Source: a bacterium (lineage in GTDB: Bacteria; Patescibacteriota; Microgenomatia; JAMCZE01). Taken from it: a stretch of 64,000 nucleotides of DNA. The notes under the pieces were generated by a model. That model saw nothing but the letters and a program-made list of their open reading frames with translations. It ran no database searches and was not told the origin of the DNA. Positions 48,238-57,548 of this stretch are shown one piece after another; positions within the stretch are counted from its first letter, which is position 1; the number at the start of each line of letters is the position of its first letter. The stretch is taken from the NCBI GenBank assembly GCA_021836035.1, contig JAKBJL010000004.1, positions 131,841-195,840 of the forward strand, given 5' to 3'. Both the position numbers and the translations under genes were made by a program.

Positions 48238-48828
48238 ATGATATCCATGGATAATGATTTTATATTATCTCTTTATCGCCGGCCGGAAACCGTTTTTAGT
48301 GTTGATGAGATCGCCCAGCTTTTTCCCCATCTATCAACGGAAAGCTTGCGTAACCGTCTCTACTATTTCAGTAAATCCGGCAAGCTGAAAAGACTTCATA
48401 CCGGAATTTATGCCAAAGAGGGCTATAATAACTTTGAACTAGTTAATAAACTGTACAAGCCTTCCTATATCAGTCTGGAAACCGTTCTTAGTCGTGGCGG
48501 AGTCATCTTTCAGTATTACGAGACCATCTTTGCCGTTTCTTATGTTACCCGGGAGGTCCGGTTAAACAACTTGGGGATACAGTATCGCCGGGTAAAAGGT
48601 CCTGTTTTAACAAACTTGACTGGAATTAATCGGGAAAACGGTTACTTTATCGCTTCATTGGAGCGGGCTTTCCTCGATGCCATTTATGTCTACAAAAACT
48701 ATCACTTTGATAATTTAAGAGGCCTTGATTGGGATAAGGTAGCTGTTTTTAAAACAATTTATAACAACGCCATTCTGGAAAAGAAAGTTGAGGAGTATTA
48801 TCAGACTTTTAAAGAAGAAAATGCTTAA
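48238..48828 (+). CDS. AbiEi-like antitoxin / transcriptional regulator
   Basis: wHTH with LKRLHTGIY, SYISLETVL, ASLERAFLD. Confidence 0.82.
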   Translation: MISMDNDFILSLYRRPETVFSVDEIAQLFPHLSTESLRNRLYYFSKSGKLKRLHTGIYAKEGYNNFELVNKLYKPSYISLETVLSRGGVIFQYYETIFAVSYVTREVRLNNLGIQYRRVKGPVLTNLTGINRENGYFIASLERAFLDAIYVYKNYHFDNLRGLDWDKVAVFKTIYNNAILEKKVEEYYQTFKEENA

Positions 48829-49525
48829 TATTGATTTACATCGTAATATGGAAATTTCCATATTAAAAGCAATTTATGCTGATCCTTTTTTACGCAATAT
48901 TTTAGGATTTAAAGAAGGAACAGCGGCGATGCTTTTTTACGATTTACCGCGATTTTCCGTTGATCTCGATTTTAATTTGCTCGACGAGAATAAACAATAC
49001 GAAGTTTTTGAGAAAATAAAAAAGTTGCTTTTAAACTTCGGGGTACTTGATGATGCTTCCGATAAAAAAAACACGCTTTTTTTTCTTTTAACTTACCAAA
49101 AAGGGGAAAGAAAATTGAAAATAGAAATCTCCAAAAGGCCGCTGCAGTTTGTTTACCTACCGAAAAATTATTTAGGTATTTCCATGCTGGCTATGCAGGA
49201 AAAGGACATGCTACCCGCTAAACTATCAGCTCTTTTAACCAGACGGAAGTTTGCGGCCCGGGATATGTATGATTTGTGGTTTTTCCTAAAAAACAACTGG
49301 CCGATAAATGAAAATATCCTTAAGCAGAATACCGATTTATCGGTTAAAGAAGCTTTCATGGAAGCCCAAAAAAAGATTGCGGCGGTTAAAAAAAGCGAGA
49401 TGTTGTCCGGTATAGGGGATTTACTGGATAATAAACAGAAATCCTGGGTAAAGGAAAAACTTCGTGATGAATTGATCTTTCAGTTGAAATTGCACTCACA
49501 AAACTATCAAAATAAAAGTGACTAA
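48821..49525 (+). CDS. AbiEii-family nucleotidyltransferase, motif I altered
   Basis: FKEGT instead of FKGGT; RFSVDLDF, RDMYDL; ATG 48821 overlaps the antitoxin end. Confidence 0.85.
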   Translation: MLNIDLHRNMEISILKAIYADPFLRNILGFKEGTAAMLFYDLPRFSVDLDFNLLDENKQYEVFEKIKKLLLNFGVLDDASDKKNTLFFLLTYQKGERKLKIEISKRPLQFVYLPKNYLGISMLAMQEKDMLPAKLSALLTRRKFAARDMYDLWFFLKNNWPINENILKQNTDLSVKEAFMEAQKKIAAVKKSEMLSGIGDLLDNKQKSWVKEKLRDELIFQLKLHSQNYQNKSD

Positions 49526-49550
49526 CCCTTTTTGAACTTCTACCGTAGAT

Positions 49551-49604
49551 TAAAACCGCATTTTTCTACAGGCTGAAAACCCGCCTTTTGACGGCCGGTT
49601 TGAC
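49551..49604 (+). repeat. partial copy of the right arm of the 47876-48088 hairpin
   Basis: AAAACCGCATTTTTCTACAGGCT...CCTTTTGAC-GCCGGTTTGA closely matches 47998-48050. Confidence 0.8.
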
Positions 49605-49718
49605 CTTTGGGCGGATATTCCCAGGCTTTTTTAAATCCCAACTTACCATAGAAGTCGATAACTTTCTCAAAATCTGGAACATGAAGTTCGAAGATGACGT
49701 CAAATTAAGCCAGCCTAC

Positions 49719-50207
49719 TCACCCTTTCATTGTAGCAAGTTTCTCTTCGCGCTGATCTCTGCCTTTTTTAACCAGGTCCTGAAATTTTTGGTTAAACTCC
49801 GGATCTTCAAAAACTGTTTCCGTGCCGATAACCGGTAACTCGCCATGAAGATATCCGGCACTTACCAAAGCCTGGCGGTTTTCCGGTGTGTCAAAACCCG
49901 CCAAAATCCCTTCAGGAGAAAGGGCTGTCAGCATGCTGTTATTGGCTGAATATTTTCCGCGCTGCTCTTTCTTATAGGCGGGAAATTCCGTAGATCGGGA
50001 ATAATAATCACGGTGGCCGGGATTATCCAAGCCAAGGATTAAACTTCCCTCCCCGCTTCCTGGGTGATCTCCGTGGTTAGTTATCCGGTCGTATTCTGCC
50101 TTGTCTGCAGCATTGGCAAAAGCTCTTTTGCCGGAGACATTAAGAAATTCTCCTCCGATGAGAGGTTTAAGTTCCGAAGTTAAGTTGAGGTCTTCTTTGG
50201 TATCCAT
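49719..50207 (-). CDS. hypothetical protein
   Basis: 162-aa ORF, ATG start shortly after a TAAACT box. Confidence 0.65.
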   Translation of the reverse strand: MDTKEDLNLTSELKPLIGGEFLNVSGKRAFANAADKAEYDRITNHGDHPGSGEGSLILGLDNPGHRDYYSRSTEFPAYKKEQRGKYSANNSMLTALSPEGILAGFDTPENRQALVSAGYLHGELPVIGTETVFEDPEFNQKFQDLVKKGRDQREEKLATMKG

Positions 50208-50349
50208 GAACAGTTTATATCAATAAATAAGATAAAAAGCAAAAAACCTTTATATCTCGTTAACTACAATGTAATCCTCTTTAACCCAGCCGGGACGTGA
50301 ATAAATCTCCACACGGCACTCGTCATCACTTTGTGATAAGATAAGTTTA

Positions 50350-51513
50350 ATGGAACAAACTAGTCCTTTAGCAAACCCAGTAATACCTCCCCAGGCGCCG
50401 CTTAATCCAACGGTCAACTCTTCATCCCCAAACAAACGCGTTTTAATTATTCTATTGGTAATCTTGCTGGTGGCCTTATCTTCCTTAGCTGCCTATCTTT
50501 TTGTTAAATCACAGGCTCCGTCCCAAAAGCCAACAATTGCTACATCTCCATCAGTCCAAGCAACACCTACTCCGGGCCCGGTGGCAGATTGGAAAACCTA
50601 TACAAACTCTTCATTTGGTTTTTCATTCCGATATCCCGCCGACTGGAATGCAGAATGGGACAATCAAGTAACTGTTAAGAACGGGGATGGAAATTACGCG
50701 TTAGTTATTATCCCCTCAAATAATTCAAAGCATTTGTCGCTAAAAGACTACGTCACAACTGCTCCATATACCAGTCTTCACGAGGATCATCGGCTGACAT
50801 TGTCTCAGTTTAATTCAGCTGAAAATATATTTATAAATACAATACCTGCTATAAAAACACAGGAGGTATCAGGAGGAATAGCCGGAACCTCCGAAAATAT
50901 TTATTTAGTAAAAAATAATACCTTCCTTTTTATCAGCTATCCGGCTAAGAATAATTCATACTTTTCTAATTCGGCTCAAAATTATCAGATTGTCCAACAA
51001 ATCCTCTCCACTTTTAAATTTACAGATCAAAATCAGGCAACCAATACCTCAAATTGGAAAACGTATACAAACGTAAGCTCCGGCTTTTCCGTCAACTATC
51101 CATCAGATTATTTTACCTATAAAGACCCACTGGTTGATTTCTCGGTGGCAACGAAGGCACCTCAGGGGGGAAATGGAATCAAAAACTCTGCTCCCAAGGA
51201 TATTTGGCTCGATATACAAGTTAGCAAAAATACAACAAACACTTCGCTGGATGCATATATTACCCAACTAAATGCTTCTTCTTTAAAAAGAATGCCAACG
51301 ACAATTGGTGGTATTGCTGGTGATAAGCTTAGCTATATGATGCAAGTTTTTTGCGCCGGTACGACCTGCACACCGGTGTACCTATATGAAGGATTAGTTT
51401 TACATAACGGCAATATCTACCAAATTAGAATGTCTTCGTTAGACAAATCGTCACTTGATGCAAATAATGCAATGTTTGATCAAATCCTCTCCACTTTTAA
51501 ATTTACGCAGTAA
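50350..51513 (+). CDS. membrane-anchored surface protein with two tandem WKTY...ILSTFKF (PsbP-like) domains
   Basis: TM, Pro/Thr linker, DWKTY...QILSTFKFTD, then NWKTY...QILSTFKFTQ. Confidence 0.85.
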   Translation: MEQTSPLANPVIPPQAPLNPTVNSSSPNKRVLIILLVILLVALSSLAAYLFVKSQAPSQKPTIATSPSVQATPTPGPVADWKTYTNSSFGFSFRYPADWNAEWDNQVTVKNGDGNYALVIIPSNNSKHLSLKDYVTTAPYTSLHEDHRLTLSQFNSAENIFINTIPAIKTQEVSGGIAGTSENIYLVKNNTFLFISYPAKNNSYFSNSAQNYQIVQQILSTFKFTDQNQATNTSNWKTYTNVSSGFSVNYPSDYFTYKDPLVDFSVATKAPQGGNGIKNSAPKDIWLDIQVSKNTTNTSLDAYITQLNASSLKRMPTTIGGIAGDKLSYMMQVFCAGTTCTPVYLYEGLVLHNGNIYQIRMSSLDKSSLDANNAMFDQILSTFKFTQ

Positions 51514-51627
51514 TTTAGAGATCTCATTTAACTTCCGCAGTCGACTACAAATGTATTCTTTTACCGGCTTAAACCCGCCTTTTGACAGATCATTTAAACC
51601 CTATATAACGAAAAGGCAGGACAGGAC
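51481..51627 (+). repeat. direct repeat Y, copy 1
   Basis: Matches 54430-54575 with 7 substitutions and 1 indel (hand count). Confidence 0.9.
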
Positions 51628-51731
51628 GAAGAGAGAAAAAGTATTTTCGAGGATCTTCAGTTATAAAGCTTTTGATGGAAAATACTCGAACGTATTACGA
51701 TTGATAAATGTAATTATAGTAAAATGTATCT

Positions 51732-52787
51732 GTGAAGTTATTATTTTTAACCTCTGTCGGATTACCTCCAGAAACCAGAGAATATTTTTTAAAGGAACTT
51801 CCCAAAAAACCCGAGGAAATGAAAGTGGCTTTTATTCCGACAGCCGCTGATCCGGAGGAAAACAAAGGGTTTGTCAGGGCAGCCTACGATGAATTGGTAG
51901 AACTTAAATTTCCCGTTATCCAAGTTGATCTGAAAGAATCAAAAGAGAAAGTCCGAACGAAGTTGGAAAAAGCGGATATTATTTACATTAACGGCGGCAA
52001 TACTTTTTACCTTTTAGATTGGGCTCGAAAAAGCGGCTTGGATACATATCTTCCGAAGCTAATTAATAATGGAAAAGTATATCTTGGAGTTAGTGCCGGC
52101 AGTATTTTAGCGGGACCGGATATTGCCATTTCCGGTTGGGACCCGTCATGGGATAAAAACGATTATGTCTCGGATACAACCGGTTTAAACCTTGTACAGT
52201 TTGCAGTCTCTCCGCATTATACGGAAAAAGAAAGACAGGTGTTGGAAAAAGAAGGAAGAAAAGTAACCTTTCCGGTAATTGCTATAAGTGACGAGCAGGC
52301 GATTCTAGTTAAAGATGGAAGCTGGAAAGTAGTTGGGAAAGGGAAACCGGAATTTTATGGTGCGAAGTTTTCAAATGATGATGATTTTTACCGTCTACTG
52401 GAAAGCTTAACAGATAACGAGTGGAATACTAGAGTTGATGATATGTGGACGGTCAAGAATGTAGTAGCTCATTTAGTCGGCTGGGAAGAAGAACTCTCTA
52501 AATTATTACCTCAGATTTGGAAAAATCAGGAAAAACCATGGTTTACAGAAACTAACAACTGGGATGAGCTTAACGAAAAGAGCACAGATAAGTTTAAAGG
52601 CTTCACTCCTAGACAACTCCTAGACGAATGGTATAAATGGCAAGGAAAATTAATGAAAGAGGCAGAAAAGATTGGAGAAAATAATATGCGATCACGGCCG
52701 GATTTATTTGGTTGGTGGTTTGAAGAGGGAGAAGAAAGTCACTATCAAACGCATTATAAACAAATAAGGAAAGCTTTAAATAAATGA
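51732..52787 (+). CDS. peptidase E (S51)-like domain fused to a DinB-superfamily domain
   Basis: FIPTA, GGNTFYLL, GVSAGS, PHY; then WTVKNVVAHLVGWEEE and a late His pair. Confidence 0.82.
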   Translation: MKLLFLTSVGLPPETREYFLKELPKKPEEMKVAFIPTAADPEENKGFVRAAYDELVELKFPVIQVDLKESKEKVRTKLEKADIIYINGGNTFYLLDWARKSGLDTYLPKLINNGKVYLGVSAGSILAGPDIAISGWDPSWDKNDYVSDTTGLNLVQFAVSPHYTEKERQVLEKEGRKVTFPVIAISDEQAILVKDGSWKVVGKGKPEFYGAKFSNDDDFYRLLESLTDNEWNTRVDDMWTVKNVVAHLVGWEEELSKLLPQIWKNQEKPWFTETNNWDELNEKSTDKFKGFTPRQLLDEWYKWQGKLMKEAEKIGENNMRSRPDLFGWWFEEGEESHYQTHYKQIRKALNK

Positions 52788-53161
52788 AGGGCACAAGGAT
52801 TAATCCATTATTAGTTGTAAAAGACATCGAAAAGTCAGTCGATTTTTACGAGAACCTATTGGGTTTTAAGAAGAACACGGTTTTAAAAAATGGCGATAGC
52901 AGTTTGCGGTATGTGGATTTTACCGTTGGCACCTCAGTTTTAATGCTGGTTCCAGAAAGCACCAGAGCAGAAATTCCAGATAAAGGAAACGGGGTAGAGC
53001 TTTACATTGATATTGATGAGGATATTAAAGCTCTTTTTGAATGTTTAAAAAGTAAAGGCATGATCTTTATAAAAGAACTTTACGAAACTCCCTGGCAAAC
53101 CTATCAATTTCATTTTAAAGATCCGGACGGATATGTGTTAATTGTTTCACAACAAGCATGA
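52784..53161 (+). CDS. VOC/glyoxalase-family protein
   Basis: VKDIEKSVDFY---LGF, PW, FKDPDGY. Confidence 0.9.
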   Translation: MKGTRINPLLVVKDIEKSVDFYENLLGFKKNTVLKNGDSSLRYVDFTVGTSVLMLVPESTRAEIPDKGNGVELYIDIDEDIKALFECLKSKGMIFIKELYETPWQTYQFHFKDPDGYVLIVSQQA

Positions 53162-53643
53162 CTTGGAGTAGATATAAAACCAACACTATCGACGAATTTA
53201 CCCTGTCTTTAGAAACCCTTGCTTTAGAAATTGCAAAGATAGCAGAACAAAATAGTAAAAAGTATATGATCGGGGGTGGGTGGGCACTAGAACTTACGCT
53301 GGGTAAAATAACCAGAAACCACCATGATATCGATTTCTTTCCATTAAAAGATGATGTCGTTTGGTGGCGGAATTGGTTTGAAAGCCAAGGCTTAAAAACG
53401 AAAGATGAACAAACTAATGAAGGTTTAATCATTAAGGTCTTAGGTAACAAGAAAGAAACGCTTGTGGATATGGTGCCATCAGATTTGGGCAATGTTATGT
53501 CCGTTATTTACAAAGGCATAAAAATCTTTATCGATGATCCCCAAAAAATCCTGGACGAGAAGCTACGTAATGCTAAAGAAGGAAAGCCATTAAGACGCCA
53601 GGATCTTCACGATATTTCTATAATGGGGAGAAAACTAAAATAG
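53158..53643 (+). CDS. antibiotic-nucleotidyltransferase-like protein (ANT(2'')/Lnu-like)
   Basis: IGGGWALE...G-ITRNHHDIDF. Confidence 0.7.
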   Translation: MTWSRYKTNTIDEFTLSLETLALEIAKIAEQNSKKYMIGGGWALELTLGKITRNHHDIDFFPLKDDVVWWRNWFESQGLKTKDEQTNEGLIIKVLGNKKETLVDMVPSDLGNVMSVIYKGIKIFIDDPQKILDEKLRNAKEGKPLRRQDLHDISIMGRKLK

Positions 53644-54297
53644 TTACTCTTTACCTTCCCATTCAGAGATAAACCTACGGGCAAATTCTTCTACAAACTT
53701 GAAGCGTTCCTTTGCATATTTTCTTCCCAGTCTGGTATGAAAGTTTGTGGGCTGCATTTTGGGATGGGAAATCTTGTACAGCAAATAATTGATTGCTGAT
53801 TTATTGTTATCTTCCAGTTTGTTTGAGGGTTTTCCGTCATAAATAGGTCTTCTATACTTTTTTGATTGGAATGAGCTTCCAATAATTCGGGCCACATCAA
53901 TAGCCCCTAAAGCGTCAAGGTAATCCGCATCCTGAAGAATTTTGGCCTCGGTAGTTTCGGGAACCCGGTCCATGCTTTTTCTATGAACCAATATCGCATG
54001 GCAAACTGGTTCGATCTTTTCTTTAGGAAAGTTGATCTTATATAAGATTTCCCGGGCAATATCACTGCCTGCCTTTGCGTGATCTTCGACTTCTCCTCTG
54101 TCTTCTAACCCACGGGCAACATCAAAAAGAAGTGTGGCCGCCTCAAGAATTTCAAGGTCTGCTTCCTCATCCTGGCCAATTTGCTTTGCTAATCTCTCCA
54201 CCCGGAAAACATGGTTAATATCATGGGAGAAGTCGTTATTTAGCTCCTCGTAATATTTACTGGTTAGGTTTAGAATCTTATCCTTGAAATTGCTCAT
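53644..54297 (-). CDS. HD-domain phosphohydrolase, HD doublet reads FD
   Basis: SHDINHVFRV, LLFDVAR, EAKILQDADYLDALGA. Confidence 0.82.
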   Translation of the reverse strand: MSNFKDKILNLTSKYYEELNNDFSHDINHVFRVERLAKQIGQDEEADLEILEAATLLFDVARGLEDRGEVEDHAKAGSDIAREILYKINFPKEKIEPVCHAILVHRKSMDRVPETTEAKILQDADYLDALGAIDVARIIGSSFQSKKYRRPIYDGKPSNKLEDNNKSAINYLLYKISHPKMQPTNFHTRLGRKYAKERFKFVEEFARRFISEWEGKE

Positions 54298-54388
54298 ATA
54301 TCAATACTACTTATTCTATATCGATCTGTTATTGGTAACTAGATCTTAATTTCTTGTAATTTTCTTCGTTGGATAATCCAAATAATTC

Positions 54389-54575
54389 CATACTTTTCTA
54401 ATTCGGCTCAAAATTATCAGATTGTCCAACAAATCCTCTCCACTTTTAAATTTACACAGTAATTTAGCGATCTCATTTAACCTCCGCAGTCGACTACAAA
54501 TGTATTCTTTTACCGGCTTAAAACCACCTTTTGACAGGTCCTTTAAACCCTATATAACGAAAAGCAGGACAGGAC
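54389..54575 (+). repeat. composite repeat: 3' end of WKTY domain 1 joined to repeat Y
   Basis: 54389-54456 identical to 50957-51024 (68 bp); 54430-54575 matches 51481-51627. Confidence 0.9.
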
Positions 54576-54699
54576 AAAATCCACTCGGAACCTGATAAGA
54601 TTTGTAACAGGTTGATATACTAAATTAACCACATTACCACCCTTGCTTCTGGATGCGGCTGAAGTAAATCCAGGAGTAGTCAATTTTTGACAGGGTGGT

Positions 54700-54880
54700 A
54701 ATTTATTTTTACCAATATCGGTAAAATATAAGGAATTTAACTCGGAACGAGCTGGCAAGATTAGCAAAAATGGACAGAAGCGGGTTAACCGATATCGAAA
54801 GCGGTAAAAATAACATTACACTGCGGACCCTTCTTAAAATTGCCCGCGCTCTTAATGTTAAGGTAAGTGAATTAGTATAA
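54700..54880 (+). pseudogene. XRE-family HTH regulator remnant
   Basis: LTRNELARLAKMDRSGLTDIESGKNNITLRTLLKIARALNV; N-terminus frameshifted at I-G-K/N-I-R. Confidence 0.7.
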
Positions 54881-55042
54881 AGGGAGTTTGATCTATTAAA
54901 ATATCTTGCAAATGGCCGATAAATAGTACTATATTAGCCACATGACCACGATTAGCGATTATCTGTGTGTCAGGAACCAACCGTCATAGGTTGGTTTTTT
55001 TGTTTAAAAATTGAAATTTAAACGGAAAGGGGGTGAAAAAAT

Positions 55043-55609
55043 ATGAAGAAATTATTACTTGGAATTACCTTAACCGTTGTTGGTTTGGTTTTGTTTGCCG
55101 GACAAGCTTATGCAACTGGAAATGTTGTTCATTACGGTCCGATTGCTAGTACATCACCTGATTCTAGTACTTGCGGAAATTACTGGGCAACCGACACATT
55201 CGACCGTGTCTTTACAGTTGACACTGTCCCTAACTTTGATGGTACTTATACTGTTAAAGAAGAGTTCAAAAACGGTACATTTGTTACCATTTCTGGTGCT
55301 AGTCCAGGTGCATGCCAAACTTTACCAGTACCAACTGGCAACGGAAATACTATTGGATCCGGTGTAACAGGAAAAATGCAAGGATCATTTGATATTGTTG
55401 TTACAGGAAATTACGATCCTAAAGCTGAATGCGGGCCGACTACCTGCAATACAACGGCCGGATTTGTCTCCACAATCTTTGGGGGCAGTACCAAATATGT
55501 CAGTGGTGCTACATATTTTATTTTTAATTACAGTACAGACACAAATGGTCATTGGAAGAACGCTTCCGCCAATCGTGGTGGTAATCTTGGAGACATAACA
55601 GGATTTTAA
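55043..55609 (+). CDS. secreted Cys/Gly/Thr-rich hypothetical protein
   Basis: SD GGGGGTGA, signal peptide ending AYA, four Cys. Confidence 0.8.
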   Translation: MKKLLLGITLTVVGLVLFAGQAYATGNVVHYGPIASTSPDSSTCGNYWATDTFDRVFTVDTVPNFDGTYTVKEEFKNGTFVTISGASPGACQTLPVPTGNGNTIGSGVTGKMQGSFDIVVTGNYDPKAECGPTTCNTTAGFVSTIFGGSTKYVSGATYFIFNYSTDTNGHWKNASANRGGNLGDITGF

Positions 55610-55630
55610 CCTTTACTGTTACGACATCTA

Positions 55631-55660
55631 AAACAACCCATCGGAAACGGTGGGTTGTTT
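55631..55660 (+). terminator. intrinsic terminator
   Basis: AAACAACCCATCG-GAAA-CGGTGGGTTGTTT. Confidence 0.75.
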
Positions 55661-55878
55661 GTTACGATATTAACAATGGCTGGGAAAATCAAAATTCCTC
55701 GATTAAATAAATAATGCTTCGTCTAATTTAATTTAGATTTTCATATCATAATCTTCTCTTGATTTACGGGCTATTTTCCGTTATTATAGCCCCAAATTAT
55801 AAGTTGGTTTGAAATGCTGCCCCTAAAGGTGGCATTTTTTATAGCCATTTTGGGAAAGCTACGAGAGGGGGTGAAACT

Positions 55879-56226
55879 ATGAAAAGAATCACCGCTTTTT
55901 GTGTATTAACTCTGCCCTTCTTGCTTCTTTCAGGAAGTCCCGCCTTCGCCGCCTCCGGAGATGTCACTAAAATCCAAACATTTATCCAAAGCGTTATTCA
56001 AGTCCTGGTTACCCTGGCCGGACTTTTATCGGCCGGATTTTTTGTTTGGGGAGGCGTCGGGTACATAACCAGTTCCGGCAATCCTGAAAGCCTGGATAGA
56101 TCCAAAAAGACCATCTTTTATTCCGCTATCGGTCTGGCAATCGTGCTTGGAGCTTTTGTGCTGTCCAATATCGTCACGCAGCTGGCCGGATCCGCTTTCG
56201 GAACAACAAGTACAACGACGCCTTAA
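55879..56226 (+). CDS. VirB2/TrbC-like pilin
   Basis: Signal peptide AFA, two hydrophobic helices around GG--YITSSGNPE. Confidence 0.8.
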   Translation: MKRITAFCVLTLPFLLLSGSPAFAASGDVTKIQTFIQSVIQVLVTLAGLLSAGFFVWGGVGYITSSGNPESLDRSKKTIFYSAIGLAIVLGAFVLSNIVTQLAGSAFGTTSTTTP

Positions 56227-56246
56227 AAATTTGGCTGTCTAAATAT

Positions 56247-57548
56247 ATGATGAAAAAGTTAGTCTTTTTCGGCTCACTGTTTAGCCTCTTGCCTGCTGTC
56301 TTCGCCCCTTCTGTTTCGGCCGCAACTACCAGCTCCGAAATTACCCAATATACTAACGACACCTTAAGTATCATTACCGTTATCGCCTCGGCGGCCGCCG
56401 TCTTTTTCCTGATTAAAGGCGGTTATTTATATATCGCTTCAACCGGCAACCCCGAAGTTATTACCGAAGCCAAAAAAACCATAAAAAACGCCATAATCGG
56501 GCTGATACTGGTTTTAGGGGCAAGTTTACTAATTTCCCTTTTTAAAGGCGCCTTAAACTCCTCATCTGCCGCCGGATCTAATCCGGCTATAACTATTTCC
56601 CAAATAGAACCGGCCAAACCAACCGGGGGACTGACCCAGGTGCTTATTGATGCCGTCTCCGGATTTATGCAAAACATCGTGGAATCGGCCACCAGGCCGA
56701 TCGTCGACGGGATCATCGGTTATCTGACCACCACCCCGAGCTTGTTAGGCAATAAGGTCGTCTTTAATTTCTGGCTGGTAATCCTGGGAATCACCGATTC
56801 CCTCTTTGCCGTCATTGTGGCCCTCTTGGGGCTTCATTTCATGAGCGCCTCAACCTTTGGCTATGATGAGATGGAACTATCCAAACTGCTGCCCAAAATC
56901 GGCCTGGCTTTTTTGGGCGCCAATGTTTCCCTCTTTCTTGCCGATTATGTCGTTTTCAGCTGCAACGTTTTAGTTAAGGCGGTTATCGCCGCCACCGGAG
57001 GGCTAAGTAACGCCTGGGTGGTTAACGCCATTAACCTCCCTGCGCTTTCCGCGGGGACGACTCCCCTAATTACCCTGATTTTTTTGATTCTGTTTTTAAT
57101 CATTGCCATAGTTTTGCTTTTTATGTATATCGGCCGGCTGATAGTAATTTCCCTGGGGGCTGTTTTGTCCCCCTTAATCTTTCTGCTCTCCATTATCCCC
57201 AAACTGTCCGATTTTGCCGAGATTGCCGCCAAAAGCTACTTTGTGACGGTATTTATGGTCTTTGTCCATGTGGTGCTAATCCAGCTGGCCTCCTCGTTTC
57301 TAAGCTTGCCTTCCGGTTCCGCTAACTCCCTGGTCTCCATTGCCGTGGCCATCGGCTTATTTCTGACCCTTCTTAAAGCCCCCCAGATTATGATGCAGAT
57401 GGTTTTTTACAATTCGGCCAACCACGTGATGCGCAAAATCGGCCACGAGATAACCAATGTCATCTCCACCGATAACAGCGCGGCGGCTTCCCGGCAAACG
57501 TCTATAAACACGGCCTTCAAGGCCCCCGGAAAGGCGGTTGCGCCATGA
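56247..57548 (+). CDS. VirB6/TrbL-like polytopic T4SS protein with N-terminal pilin-like segment
   Basis: Many TMs, R...LSPL motif, position in the operon. Confidence 0.7.
   Translation: MMKKLVFFGSLFSLLPAVFAPSVSAATTSSEITQYTNDTLSIITVIASAAAVFFLIKGGYLYIASTGNPEVITEAKKTIKNAIIGLILVLGASLLISLFKGALNSSSAAGSNPAITISQIEPAKPTGGLTQVLIDAVSGFMQNIVESATRPIVDGIIGYLTTTPSLLGNKVVFNFWLVILGITDSLFAVIVALLGLHFMSASTFGYDEMELSKLLPKIGLAFLGANVSLFLADYVVFSCNVLVKAVIAATGGLSNAWVVNAINLPALSAGTTPLITLIFLILFLIIAIVLLFMYIGRLIVISLGAVLSPLIFLLSIIPKLSDFAEIAAKSYFVTVFMVFVHVVLIQLASSFLSLPSGSANSLVSIAVAIGLFLTLLKAPQIMMQMVFYNSANHVMRKIGHEITNVISTDNSAAASRQTSINTAFKAPGKAVAP

Noticed and set aside
51455-51850. 131-aa ORF
   Set aside because: Spans repeat Y and overlaps two better-supported genes
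51481-54575. Diversity-generating retroelement TR/VR pair
   Set aside because: Differences between copies are not adenine-specific in either direction and no reverse transcriptase is present
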